Below, one piece after another: positions 1 to 13,799 of a stretch of 64,000 nucleotides of DNA. The notes below the pieces were generated by a model. That model saw nothing but the letters and a program-made list of their open reading frames with translations, was not told the DNA's origin and ran no database searches. Positions within the stretch are counted from its first letter, which is position 1; each line of letters starts with the position of its first letter. The translations under genes were made by a program, and so were the position numbers. This DNA comes from Azolla caroliniana (taxonomy: Eukaryota > Plantae > Polypodiophyta). Location of the stretch: positions 434,001 through 498,000 of the forward strand of contig JBHGNT010000014.1 in assembly GCA_043228905.1 (NCBI GenBank), read 5' to 3'.

Positions 1-915
1 GTTTTTGCTCGTTGGGCAGTATTTGTTTGTTACTCAATGGATATGTTTGTTTTTATTTAATGGGTCTTCTCTTGTTTGGCTCCTCATCCAGTAGATCTTT
101 GTGGACAAGTTTAGGACTTACCTCATGTTGTTCTAGGGAGTCTTACATAACTAACCTATAACTAAAATATATAGGACCGAGACAAAATCTATTAATTGTT
201 GGGACTAAGATGACACGCATAAAGTTGTTAGAGCTTATCGTTATGTAAGAAAAAGATGAGGAAATATAAGGTGGGAAAATGGAGAAAGAAGGGTGTCGAT
301 CCACTCGATCACCCCCAAGCGAAGGGATCGATACAGACTTGAGCCTCGATCGGTGTCCATACCACCGTCGTGGCTCAAAAGTTGCTCAAAAGTTTCCATC
401 ATTCTATGGATAATATTAGAACTATCTTCGCTTAACATTGAAATAAGAATTCTATGATGGTGAAAATGTGGTATATTATCAATAATATCACCATGGCTAA
501 TCAAATTGTCTCTATTTAAAGGATTTGTTCAACCATCCATCTAATCATAATGGTATTCATTTTCATTGAACCACGTCTCATTTTGTACTCATTCTCATAG
601 GGAGTGAGAAAAAAAGAAACATATGTCTACTAGAGGCCAAAATCAACCTATGAGACAAATCACGATTACAAATATTGGTGAATTCATGTGATCCCTACTA
701 AAACAAAAGTGAAACATTTAGATTTCATAAAGCTCAATGATCATTATTTGAATGCATGTGGTGGAATGAGTTTTGTGATGGTTTGCAAGCATGAAATGGA
801 TGGATAATATGTAGGAGAGTCATGGTGATTGGAGTACTATGAAATGACGTTATGATGAAGTTTAACAAGCGCATATTGGTGTGCAGATCAAATATGATGA
901 GAAACGATCTCCATA

Positions 916-916
<1 letters not shown>

Positions 917-977
<61 letters not shown>
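917..977. repeat. (TA)n(GA)n compound microsatellite
   Basis: Directly visible. Confidence 0.95.
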
Positions 978-981
<4 letters not shown>

Positions 982-1404
982 TGATTGATCATGATGCACT
1001 AAACAACTCTCGAATTACATTACCTTCTTTACTAGGGGTAAAATTAATATTTTTGAAGAAGTCGTTACGTTATTACTCTTAAGGTGAGGTATTTTTTATA
1101 TTTCCTTCACAAGTTTGTATCAATGTCTTCATTTCTCATTGGACTTTATTTAATCAATGTATTCAAATTGAAAGCTTGTAGGAGCACTTAACATGCTCTA
1201 TTATTTATGTTGTTTCCTAAATTATTACATCCATGATGTTTGATCCAAACGTTTAGTTGTTTCACTTGTACTAACAATATATGACCAAGGTTGGGCATTT
1301 CATTATGGTACTTTTGGCAAATCACAATTTATCTTTATATGAGGACTTAGGGTTTAGGGTTTAGGCTTCAGCACTCTCTTTAGAGGTATGGTAAATGATA
1401 CAAC

Positions 1405-4400
1405 TCAAATGCCACCTTCCTTTGTTATCAACATTGAGCGAAGATACGCCTTTTTTTCATCATACGAGCTGTAGGGAGGCTTGGCGACACCAGCATTGAC
1501 AAAGAATAATTTGAGATATTCCTGGAAGTAGGCCTCGTTGGATATTTGAATAGGTGACTTGCAATATTTATGGCACCAATGAGCTGATCCCAACAAAAAC
1601 TGCAAATGTAATCAATATATATATATATATTTCAGTGAGTCCTTGTGTTACCAATAAAGACGAGCCTTTAAATATAACCAATGAAAAAAGCTCAAAATTG
1701 TGTTTCAAGTTCATCTGCGGACCATCAATATGTAGACACAAGGAACTTGATTTCAGCGCATGCATATATGTATATGAATTATATTATAGGTTTGATAAAA
1801 GTTTTTCATTTGAAGGAGAAATAATTAAGCTTATCTGGATTTTTCGCCATCAAGCGGTGACATAATCAATTCCCATATAATATTCATTTCTTTCAATGCC
1901 ATTTTTCATTAATCAATTTGGAAAAAATCCCTATTCTCGAACTCATTTCACAACAATGATGTTTCAAAAGAACGAGAAATAAGTTTCTTGATTAAACCTC
2001 CTGCAGCTCCTCAATACCAAAATCTAAATCATATGGTACCTCCATAAAATCAATTGCATCCTGCAATAAATGAACAAATAAAATATAATCATATGGTACA
2101 AGTGAAAATCTATAATAATAGGAAGATATCGGTATACAAATATATAATTATTATGATATGCAGGGTAGAACAGAACAAGTGTTATACTAAAGTATATTTC
2201 ACAATAGTCAGTGGTCCACCCATCTAAATACATTTTACACAAAATAGTGTAGAATATTAGGTCAATGGCTCGAGGATACAAGAAAAGAAAAAGAGATGGA
2301 AATTTGTCAGCGCATGTGTTTTTCTGTTTTTACCATGGACATCATGCTTTGTAGCTATTGTTATTAAGAAGTGGCATTCTAAATCTGAGAGATGAAAAGA
2401 GTAGATGAATTGATAAAGAGTGGAAACAACCCTACATTATTGTAGCCGTATAATGCATGAATGACCAATAGAGCTATGACTTCCATGTTCCAGTGCTTCT
2501 CAAGGACAAGCCATTTCTGAAAATCAAACAAACAATTACCATAAAAACTGACTAACATACTTACATGTACGTGTATATATACATTTTTTATAACAAAATT
2601 AACTCTTACGGAAGGAGTAAAATTGTACAAAATCAAAATTGATGATGCCAAGGTATAAATTCCTACTCTTACAAAATATATATTTACCCTTAAAAAAGAT
2701 AGTAAGCATCGGAAAGGAACTTTTAACGGTGATAATGGAGCATCTGTGTTCTTCAACTGACATGCTTTCAGACATGATTCCAGTGATCCTCTCGAGTTAG
2801 TTAGGACTTCCTATACAACAACAATAATGGAAAACGATTACATTATATCACCACTACCTTTCAATTGACTTAATGGGATAAGATGTTTCACACTTCTTAT
2901 ACAGGTGAAACATTGCTGGACATTTACCTTAAAATCAGGGAATACGTCTAAGTTTTACAAATATTACTAGTATACCCCTCTGTTGTCCAGCATCTACTAC
3001 TATTGAGGGGTACTCTGGTAAAAACATCCAAAAAGTTGGGGGTATTTTTGGTGCTTTTGCTCTTTGAAATCATCATCCACAGAGATAAACCATGGTTCCA
3101 AATTTTTACTACAATGTTATCATATGACCATTAACAGAGAATACGTTAACCATGAAAACAAGACTTAGTTCTTGCAGATTCTCATATACCGTGCACTTAG
3201 TTCTTGGGATAGCTTGTAAATCTTGGAGATGTGCCATAATCTTCCTATTCAATGATGGAATCAGATGATCCTTGATCAGAATACCTGACTGAAAAAGAAA
3301 CCCAAACATAAGATCCTATAGTGTTCCAAAGGCTGGGGACAACCTCTGCATAATGTTATACAGCATTAATAACCTTATAAAAGACATCATTGCTCCCTTT
3401 TGCGGTCTCTTGTAAAAGATTGGGCATACCTATATAGTAAAAGAAACACCAATTTTTTTCACAGAACCAAGGATGTTATAGATAGAAACAAATCACGAAA
3501 TACCTTATTTTTGGATTGGCATAGAATCCAAATAAAATTTACTTTTTTGGCAGGAGAGCTTTGAAAAAGTGGGATATCCTGAGCTTACAAACTCTTCAGA
3601 GAATGCAAGACTTCAGGGTTGGGGAGGGGGGATGTAATTGAAGTGCATCCTTAAGTTTTCTACAACAAATGCAACTCCTTTTCATCTCCCTTAGCTCATG
3701 TAAGAAGATAGAATTGAATGTCAAGAATTCATCAGTACCTGAGGCGACTGAAATGATGGCTGGAAAGATGTCAAATATCGTCAACTGATATGAACCCTTC
3801 TCTTTAACCTTGAGCTGCTGCTCAAATACCCTTTCCAGGAAATCCTCTGAAAAAAAAACATAAATGGATTCATCGGTTTCCAACACACTGTCAATTATAC
3901 TGACTTAATATCACAATTCTGTCATCAATATTGAACCAACCAGTGATTTCACTCCCAATAGCATCATGGAAAATTTGTAGAAACTGACCCTAAACCAAAT
4001 ACCAAATTCACTCAGAGTCAGAATTTAGTACTCAGCTCATTCTCCAAATACCATAGGGAACAAAAAGAACTTTTAAATTGTGTCATGCCAGTTATTGAAT
4101 AAGGCAGTACATGTAAAAAGAATGCCTTGAATTTAAATAACCATGTATAGATGATTACTTCTACATTAGTTTTTTCTTCTATCACAAGAAAAGGAATTTT
4201 GAAATAGCAAACGAGATTCCCTGTCCACACAATTCGAAAATAAATATCAACTTACCAGATTAAGAACACCGAAGTCCTTGTCCTCTAGCTCATTTCCTTG
4301 ACAACTATACCAAATGACTAATGCTTGTAGACTTCCTACATATCCTCCCAAAGGAAACAATCTCAGTTGGGAGAAAATAATTAAAAGTTATGGATCGATG

Positions 4401-7400
4401 ATAAATAAATAGTTTACTAGATCCATGTACGAAGAAAGACCATAAACAGAGCATCGTCACCTGTGTATGGAGATAAGAAATCTTTTGCATTACTTGAGTA
4501 ATTGATACCATGTGATGACCAATCTGAACAAGCACAAGTTTAAACTAATCAAGGTTAAGATGTTTTCCTATCTCCAGATGTAATTAACCAGATAAACAAT
4601 TGTATACTCAACATTAAAGTTCCATTCTTGAATAATGAATCAAAGAAAATGCTACTAACATTGCATGATATTATAGCATCTGACTAGTTATACATCATGA
4701 AGATTTTCATGAATCTCACAATGTAATGATTTTAAAGTTGACCCCAGAAACTACTAGCTAATAAATGCATTCTTGATATGAATATGACCAATTTATTAGA
4801 ATCAAACCATGTAGAGAGAGGAATAATGCCTCTCAATAAAGTAGCACATAATAGACTCCCGATCTCAAATATGTTGGATAGAGAAGGGCATCACCCACAG
4901 TTCTCAAATGTTTTAAAAATGCTGTCACATTAGATTTGTTACTGACAGACAAATTTCAGATAAAAAAATTCCAGAAACAATTGATTGGATGCCTTTGTGA
5001 ATATTTTCTTTCTCCAACTATATCAATCAGAATGCTCAATAGGCATATAAATATCAAAAAGGAATAATGCCAGTTTGAAGCAGTTTTTACTTATCCCGAG
5101 AAGCAAGGAACTACATTATATTCTCATAGAAAACACTAAGACTCTCTTCCATCAACAAACAGACTTATTACTTTCATGGAATTTTTCCTTCCCATGTCTC
5201 CTGGTGGGACCTTATGGTATAATAAATTCACATTGTGAATGAAAATCAATCATTAATCATGGACAACATTTGCACCGAATACTGATCATACACTAATAAT
5301 GTTATCCTTAAAATTTATATGTGCTTATTTGCAGATATAAAAAATTACCAATTAATTCCAAGATGGGAGTTGAAACATCACTTGTATCATTCACATTCCT
5401 AATAGTAGAGTTCAAATGACCTACAAAAAGGACACTTGTCACTTTGCTCACCCAAGAGAAGTTAATCAAATATATTTACAACATAAAGAAGCGATTTAAA
5501 CTTCAACAAGCCTTGTTTATGCAAAAGTACAACAGTTTCTGAAGATAGAATAATAGGTCAATTTCTGCACTCATATGGAAAACTATGTCCTCATTCTATC
5601 ACTATACCAATGGATCTAGTGATATAGCGTTGCAATATACTGGTAGGATATCTATCAAATTGCACAGAAGTAAAATGTAAACTAGAGTAATGCACAAGAA
5701 CCTTTCCAATTAGATGTTCATTAAACCTTTTTGAGGCACATTACACAACGCGAACAGTAACCAACAGATCAGAAATGTATCTGAAAATTGTTGAGAATCA
5801 AGCTCAACTTGTGTGAACATGTGCTTATGAAGAAAAGGACGATGTGTGAAAAAGTGTGTGAGCACACTTTATTGTAATCCGTGTAGTTGTCGAGTGTTAG
5901 TGTGGTCAAAGAATATTAGATATTCTTATGACAAAATCATACTCAAGTGGATATCTTGGTTAGATTCCACCAACACATTTAATAGGGCAGTCCCTTGAGG
6001 ACTTGTATATAAACTCCCCTTTGGCCATTTAGTTTAGTTGATGATCTTTAGTTAATTAATATAGCTCTCTTCAGTGCATAAGCTGTCATCCCCCTACTGT
6101 GTATTTTCTTATTATTTTCTGGTTATTCTCTCTGATTTCTTCTCTTGCTTATTCACCCACTCTCACACAAACACTCTACGCTTCTGAATACTCAACTCTA
6201 CTAGAGTTAGATTCTTTACAAAAATCGATATTACTAAATAGCTGATGTTATTAGCATTGTTTTAATAGCACTCCTCATGAGATAATGTTTTTCAGCCCTT
6301 CATTTATAAGTTTTCTTTTGTTCTTCCTAATCTTTCAAGCTTCCTGCTTAACATAAAATGCAACCAACATATGAAGACGAGTAAGTGCCCATTGACCCTG
6401 TTGTACGCTTCTGAATATCTAGTGTCCATTGAATCCCTGATCTAAGCCACATCACGCAGATGGTGCATCATACACTATGGAGTTACATTAAGAGTGAAAT
6501 GAATGATGGATGGCCTGCTTAACCTGCAAGACTGTAACATGAATCAAAAGATTCATCATTTGGGCATGTCTAAGTAGAAATAGGTCTACAAGAAGTTGTT
6601 TCAAGCCACTTCTCATGCATGCTTCTGCAGAGTTCTCCATGAAGAAAAAAGGCACTTCACACCATTCTAGAACATTGACCATCCAGCAAGTGCCAACACC
6701 ATGTGGATGGTGGCCATACAATTTGTAGGGACAAATGTCTCATCAAACCTAATCTAATTTACATAGCATAACCTTTGGCCACAACATGCGCTTCCTTTTG
6801 CAACATATCATGATTCCTAATCAATTGTGCAATGTCATATGAAAGATGTGCTTATGAGAGGAGGTTAGTTTGCATAAAGAATCTTCTTCAAATCAGATTG
6901 TATCGCATAAGATGATGCACCTGAAACAGACACCTTACCACACCCAAACACCGCCTATGCGCCAAGAGAGTTGAGGGTGGCTAACAGAAAATGGAAGCCT
7001 GAGTGGAAGTTTGAAAAGTACGAGTTTTTCAATGTATTGTATGTTCTATTTGGTGGTTGGATATGCACATGTTTGTTTGTTAGTATATCTGTGGGCAATT
7101 GGAAACCAAAATCAGTACTGGGATCTTGTAATGTTAATCTGGCTATGTTCAGCATGTTTGAATCTTGCCTTATAAAAACAAGATGTTTTGTGACTATGGG
7201 TAAAAACATGTTGACCAGATTTACCATCTTGAAGATTTGATTCACAGGTCACAACCTCTCTTTGACTTTCCTCTGATTCATGATCAGTAAAAGCTTTTGG
7301 CCCACCTGAGACATTCAAAGGTTCATCTTCCGAGTGATTATATCACATGCGTTGTTTTAGTCAGAAAATGAATGATTAAAACGTTTTCAAGTACTTGAAC

Positions 7401-9205
7401 ACTGTACAATAACTTTAGAACCATCCTGCAGTTGATCTTTAATATTCGAGTTAATGTCTAAATTTGTTCCATCCTGAATTAGGTAGAAGGAGAGACGTTA
7501 ATATATTTCATTGATTATTTATCTATTTTATTTATAGAAAGAATTCTTATATGTAAAAAACTCAAAGCACTATGTTATCAAACCAGATTATTCCCAAAAA
7601 ACTAAAAAACTTGTGGGAGGGAGCTATGTTTTCAGCTCAGCTTCCAATAGTATAAACATCATAGTGAGGTGTGGCATAATTTCTTTCATGGTTGCCACAT
7701 TAGCATGAAAAAAAAATCACAAAAACTGGAGAATAATTCACAATCACTTCAAAACATATCCACGCATTTGCAGATGTTTGACAAAGCTTGCATTCACAAA
7801 ATTTACATAGTTACTGAGCACAGGTATGGAAATGACCTATCACTCTATGGAATTGCAAATAACATCAATACTTTTGCCCTCAAGAAATTCATTACTGATA
7901 TCAATATTAAATCATAATGGAGTATATCTCTATTGAACTCATTCAAGATATACTGGTGGCATTTAAAATATATTTACGTTGTTAAACCCTCTCTCCATGC
8001 TTCATGAAGTTTTCCATTAATCCACAAGATGGATATTAATGAGGGTCAATGGTAAACTATTGATTCTAGTAACCATAGCACCAAGGGCAGTTGGTCAGTT
8101 CTTGCTTTGTGATGAATAGTTGCATGTTTCCTAATTCGGATTCAATATCCAGATCGAAGTCACATAAAGAAAGATAACAGTATGGGCATTATGATTATCA
8201 ATCGACAACAATTTCCTTTGATGGACGAAAATTCTACGTAATAGAGGATATTGTGAGAATTATGTGACTAAGTCAAGCAGTTACATCAGTCCACAAATAC
8301 TCATAATTCAAGGTACTATACTTTTAGGATATAACAAGTATCATAAGCGAGCAGCACATAAAAAAGTATGCATGCCCAAGAGAAAAGCAGAAATTGGGCG
8401 CAGAAAGAAATCACTACAATGACTAGTGATAAATGACATGAAAGTCCATGTTCCGTAGCCAATGTCATAAGAAGTGTGCCTCTTAATCCACATCTAGCAA
8501 TGGATGTTATGAAATCTGGCCAAGGTTCAATATTATGAAAATGCACCTATTCCTTAATTAGCCATCAATAATACGAAAATGACCGTATAATGATCAACAA
8601 TATGAAAATGCATATATTCCATGGTCAGTGAGTGATCTATGTCATGAGAATACATCTATTCCACGGCGATGATATGCAAATGCATGTTCATATAACAATG
8701 TTTGAGAGTACAGCTAGAAGGATTTACCAGGGTTTTCACAGCTTGAGGAACGAATTTAGATGCCACATCACCTACCATCAAACAAAAGGAGAAAGGGAGA
8801 AACACAAGTGTCAAAAGTTAGGAATGAAATAAAGAGATACTGTTTCTTTCGAATGAAATAGTAAATCCATTTTCTGAGCAAATATATATATAAACAAATA
8901 GGTCAATTAGTATTACCAGTATTGAGGGCCATACGAAGGCATGAAGCATAAGCAAGCCATCGAAGAGTGTGAGGGGCAGAGTCAGAGCAGGGCACATGTA
9001 CATCCCAGCTTTTGAAATCAAAAGGGTCTATATTCTCCCTCAACTCAACCTGCACAAAGGCAAAGAAAACCATTATCATCATCATCATCTTCTTCTTCTT
9101 CTTCTTCTTCTTCTTCATCATCATCATCATCTTGATTTGTGCGTACTTAAACCCTAACAGAGCACAAAGAGAAGTAGTAGCAAATACCTGTATCATCATC
9201 CTCAT
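1405..9205 (-). CDS. Multi-exon (~20 exons) uncharacterised protein with an N-terminal Par3/HAL-N-terminal-like (beta-grasp) domain
   Basis: Phase-consistent GT-AG exons 9205-9188, 9049-8917, 8771-8728 and 7473-7395 give MRMMIQVELRENIDPFDFKSWDVHVPCSDSAPHTLRWLAYASCLRMALNTGDVASKFVPQAVKTLDGTNLDINSNIKDQLQDGSKVIVQCS. Further exons lie near 7326-7225, 7125-7022, 6985-6938, 6815-6773, 3989-3941, 3846-3740, 3430-3374, 3288-3166, 3015-2969, 2810-2688, 2517-2466 and 2060-1998. The last exon is 1599-1405 (FLLGSAHWCHKYC...KEGGI*). Exons between ~4250 and 6750 are only partly resolved. Confidence 0.75.
5789..6220 (+). mobile_element. Solo LTR (432 bp) in an intron
   Basis: TG...CA termini, a perfect 5-bp TSD AAAAT (5784-5788 and 6221-6225), and an internal TATATAAA at ~6007. 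Confidence 0.75.
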
Positions 9206-9325
9206 GGTGATTGGGAAGGGGGGGGGAGCGGCCGGCGGTTAACTGTTTGCTCCAGAAGAGTGAGACTGTTGCTTTCTCTTTCTCATCACCACACACGGTT
9301 GGTTTCACACGAGTGAGAAGGAAGC

Positions 9326-9420
9326 CCATCACCATCACCATCACCATCGCCATGATCCGTGACCGTGACCATGACCATGACCATGACCATGACCCATGAC
9401 CCATGACCATGACCATCATC
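9326..9420. repeat. (CCATCA)n/(CCGTGA)n/(CCATGA)n hexamer microsatellite upstream of the 9205 ATG
   Basis: Directly visible. A (TCA)n(TCT)n(TCA)n tract also lies in intron 1 (~9074-9131). Confidence 0.9.
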
Positions 9421-10701
9421 GTTGCACCCCATCATCATATCATCATCGTGGCCATGAGGCGCTGGCCAATTCACGCTGCCAAAACCATGGGCTTGTAATT
9501 GTCCCATCCATCATATCATATCATATGTCTGTCTTGTCACCATCGTTCCCCTCGGGACACGGCAATGACCCTCGGAAATGCAATACCCTAAGGTAGGAGT
9601 TGTGTTGGACCCTTCAGAGGGACTCGTTGCCAGTTGATGGGCAAGTGGACGAGCCCTTTTTTCGTAGCATGCAAGGGCCACAACCTTGGTGATGTTGCTT
9701 GTGGGGTAAGCAGTAAGTATTTGGATTATGGCTAATGACTTAGCCATCTCTCATTTCATGCATTTTCCCTTCGATGGTGTTGTCATATAGTGTTATTGTT
9801 GTATAACTAGGGGTTAATCATTGTAATGACAATATATTACTAGTAGTTGCTACCTATCAATAATAAATAACTTATGGGTTGTGGCTAAGGACACGTATGA
9901 ATCGAATCATATAGGAACTGAGCCATTGAGGCAATCGTATTATTGTGCACTGCCTTTGCCTCCACCCACTATGTGAAACATTCTATCATCAATGGATGTT
10001 ACAAATGGGATGAAGGGTGTGACGAAATCCAATTCCCAATTTGAAATGGTTCATGGGGGTTGTGTATAAACTAAGGTATGTCTGGTGGATGACCCAACCA
10101 TTCAGTAAGGTCATGTTACTTGTAGTAGTAATGAGTGTTGCATTGTATGGTTGGCCACCAAAGGCTAGCCTACCATATTATTTGAGCTTTGGTCGTTCCC
10201 GCATAGTGGTTGCTAACGACTCTACTACGAGCTTCGACGATGATGGTCAACTCCTCATGTGCCAAACTCCACTATGCCAAATGCCACATTCCTTTGTGGT
10301 ATATACAATGTTGTCAAGGAGATCAAAATTCATGCTATGGATGGCGAGCCACTTGGCCCATCTTTAGTCATTCCCATTGACGATAGAGCATGGTCCAAGA
10401 AGAGCTCGACTCAATGAGCCATTCGTTGGGGTCACCATTGTCTCACATTGACATTTCTTCTCTGCTAATACACAAGATGTCATCATCGATAAAGTCGTCC
10501 ACAACACATACATGTGCTTTGTCGGACTCTAACTATGACAAATTATCTACGATTGCATTATCGTGCTACTGTGCATTGAAACTATATGTGCATGTGTGGA
10601 ACCAACTGGATTCTAGACTGGGAGATAGATGAGATGGACCAAATTCAAGGAGAATAATTTCACTAACAAGAGAAATAGATATTGAATGTTAGGACGAGGA
10701 A

Positions 10702-10862
10702 CGTTGTCACGAAGATACATGCATGCATGTGAAACGTGAGCAAGACCATCAGAACCATCGGGGACTTGAACCAAAGAGGATGGGATTGGACGATTGGTGA
10801 TGTCAAATTCCCTGGTGGTTCCCCTCATGCTTCACATGCATGTGAGTATCTTCGTGAAAACG
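10702..10862. mobile_element. Hairpin MITE-like element
   Basis: ~40-bp imperfect terminal inverted repeats (cgttgtcacgaagatacatgcatgcatgtgaaacgtgag / ctcatgcttcacatgcatgtgagtatcttcgtgaaaacg). Related partial copies occur at ~27428-27498 and ~59073-59150. Confidence 0.65.
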
Positions 10863-11506
10863 CAACATAGGCTAGAGAGAGATTTGAACCCAATACCTTC
10901 TTCTTTTTTTTCCATAAAAAATATGCTCCATTGGTATTAAAATTAACAATGCCAAAGGCAATGTACAAATTGTACATAATAGTTTCCACTCCATAAGTAT
11001 ATATCGTAAAAAAAGGGACCAAATAATGATGGCATTTGTTATGGCCTCTAAAAACATCATGTTGCAGCCAACATTGGCTGAATGTGATTCCACATATACT
11101 AAAGCGCTTTAGTATACCCATATTCAACCTATAAACAAATTCCTGCGGTCCAAGTGAATACATATCTTGGTGGTAATCATGGCTAGTAGTCTAAAAACTC
11201 CATGTTTGCATTTGGTTCCGCATGTACTAAAGTTGTTCACCATCACCTGGTTGTCCAATAGTTGTTCCCGTTCCTTGGCCTTTAATTTTCCCTTGTGAAT
11301 GTCCTTTTGTACCACTTAGGTAATACAAAACTGCTCTCTCCAATCAAGCCAATGAGGTAATCTGCTACTTCTTGGCCGTAGTCTTCTTCAAGCTGACTTT
11401 CCAAGCTCATAAATCTGTCCAAACTCTTGTATCTTTATCTGTCTTTTCCCATGCAAGATTGAACCTTCCTCGGCTGTTGCCGTTGAAAACACAACACCAA
11501 AACAGT

Positions 11507-11952
11507 CCCCACTCGTGATGATTGGCTTCGACCCTCCCCACCATCTTCACTCATCCTCACCACAAATATTTCTTCCTTTAGTCGACATCAGCCATCTCAC
11601 CGATTAACCTGGTTCCAATGTCCACGCATATCCTGTATAATCAACAAAAACTTAGGTTAAAACATGTCCTCACCCACTCCTGCACATTGGCTTCGACCCT
11701 CCCCACCATCTTCACTCATCCTTAACACAATAATGCTTCATTCAGTCGACATCAGCCATCTCACCAAATACCACGGTGGCAATGTCCACGCATATCCTGT
11801 ATTGATCAACACAAAATTAATGTAAACATTTCCTCACCCACTCGTTATAGTCGGCTTCACCCTCCCCACCATCTTCACTCATCCTTAACACAGAAATTCT
11901 TCATACAGTCGACATCAGCCATCTCACCAATTAACACGGTGGCAATGTCCAC
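11507..11952. repeat. Tandem repeat, ~165-bp unit, ~2.7 copies
   Basis: The blocks ccctccccaccatcttcactcatcct and agtcgacatcagccatctcacc recur at 164-165 bp spacing. Confidence 0.9.
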
Positions 11953-13799
11953 CTTTTGTGTATAGAAAAATTGGATAACCACAAATTTAAGCAATATTAT
12001 TAAAAAAATGCATATTGTTAGTATTCAACCCTTTATATAATTACATTTCATACTAGAAAGCCTTGTTAGCTTTTCTTTCCCCCACCTTTCACCTTATAAT
12101 GAGGTGCCCTTACATAGGGTTTCCCATGCACTTATGGCTAAGTAGTTGCCACAACTTAGAGCACATGATTTTGTTTGCATTGAAGTATTTATAATTAATT
12201 TATGCCTACTCAATTTAGTATATAGTTGTTGCCCTAATGGTATTAACATTGCTTCATAAATTGGAGGTACGTGTTATGAACTCATGCATGAAATGAGTCA
12301 TGCTATATCTATTTTAGTCTTAAGCTTTAGTTAACAAGACTTCATGATGTAAATAGTATGCATGCATCCCATCATCTTGTGGGTCATAAACTCATGTATC
12401 TCAATCATTTTGGATGATATAGAGAAGAGCATAACCTATGAGCTCAATCTAGAGATTATATTGATATGTGATTAGTGATCTTGATTAATATCTAATCACT
12501 CTTTTATCTTGCTTAATAGTCTATTCTATAACAGTACGATTATTCTTATGCACACTCCTTTGTAGTTGGAACGTATCCCTAGTTTAGAGACAATTCACAT
12601 CATGTCTACTTTCCATAAGAACAAAGTATTCAATTCCATGATGATGAAAAATTGTAAACTCAATTTCATGGAGCAATAGTGTTCAATGGGCAAGTTGGCA
12701 AACTAAAGAGGACTTACCCACTAGACACAAGATTACAAAGTAGTTTATGTGATAGGTGAATTTCCGGCATAGTAGATAGTGTTGGAACTTCGTGATGTTA
12801 TGCAGTGAATGTTGTATGTATATCGAGGATATTGGCATTAAGGGGAACATAATAGAGGTAGTTATAGAGCTTTAAGGCTAATGGTTGCCCAATGTGAATG
12901 GGGAAAATCTCTTTGTAAAAGAATCATAAAGGTCTCGTTGTCGTGGCGTGGCTCACCCAAAAGCATAACGTGAAAGTGACGAAGGAATCATTGGGATTAT
13001 GGATGGAAGAGACAAAAGAGTAGAGATAGAGTACAAAGATTAACGAGATACAACAAGATAAGATGTAGAATGATATTTGGGGGAATATAATAAATTTATA
13101 ATTATTTGATGAAAAAGTTACAAATAGTTGCAGGTCTTGTGGAACCGTTGCACTTTGTCTCACAACGTGAGCAATCTTCTCTTTCTTGATAGTAAACCAC
13201 AATCTATCTTTCGATGAGGATAGACTCCAACATCCGCCCTTTCGTTGTAAGTTGAGCACCACAACCGCCAAGCTAGTTCTTCTCTTGTCTTTAAAGATTG
13301 TATATAAATTTCACTCTCTCCTCTCTCTATTATGATATCTCTTACAATATAATTCTATTCGATTTGATTGATATCTCATGCAATATAGTTCTCTTCAATT
13401 TCGATTCCTTGAAATATCTGTGACTATACTCCTTTCTCCTTTTATAGGAAAGGAATGGTTCTACACGTGGGCCATGTGGCGCACATGTAGAAAGGCTCTT
13501 GCATGTGTTCTATATGGTGCACATGTATGTAGTATGTTACATGGTTTAGACTATACAATCTTAGTTCAAATGAAATAATACGTATGTACTTTTGTATATA
13601 TTACAAGTATTGGCTAAATGTTAAGGTTTGAGTCTCATAAGGTGGAGGTTGTTGGTTTAAGTCCTTGCTTACCTATGTAATCAAATATTTTTCTCTTTAT
13701 TTGCCTCTACATTATAATGTATAATATTATCATAGTGTTTTGTTCGTATGATCTTTATGTATAATACACTATCAAGATTCTTTTTATTTTAGTTATGTA

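Noticed and set aside
1347-1365. Telomere-type TTTAGGG repeats (also ~16506 and ~43187)
   Set aside because: Only 2-3 units each; common interstitial motifs, not telomeric arrays.
8969-9596. Poly-H/L/F/M and DHDH ORFs
   Set aside because: Microsatellite translations; only the spliced - strand exons are credible.
11507-11952. CRISPR-like repeat/variable pattern
   Set aside because: Eukaryotic context, the variable parts are homologous to each other, and there are no cas genes.
12650-13600. LTR-like segment
   Set aside because: No convincing paired termini or TSD found.
13611-13670. A-box/B-box-like motifs suggesting a tRNA
   Set aside because: No cloverleaf could be formed; at most a decayed SINE head.
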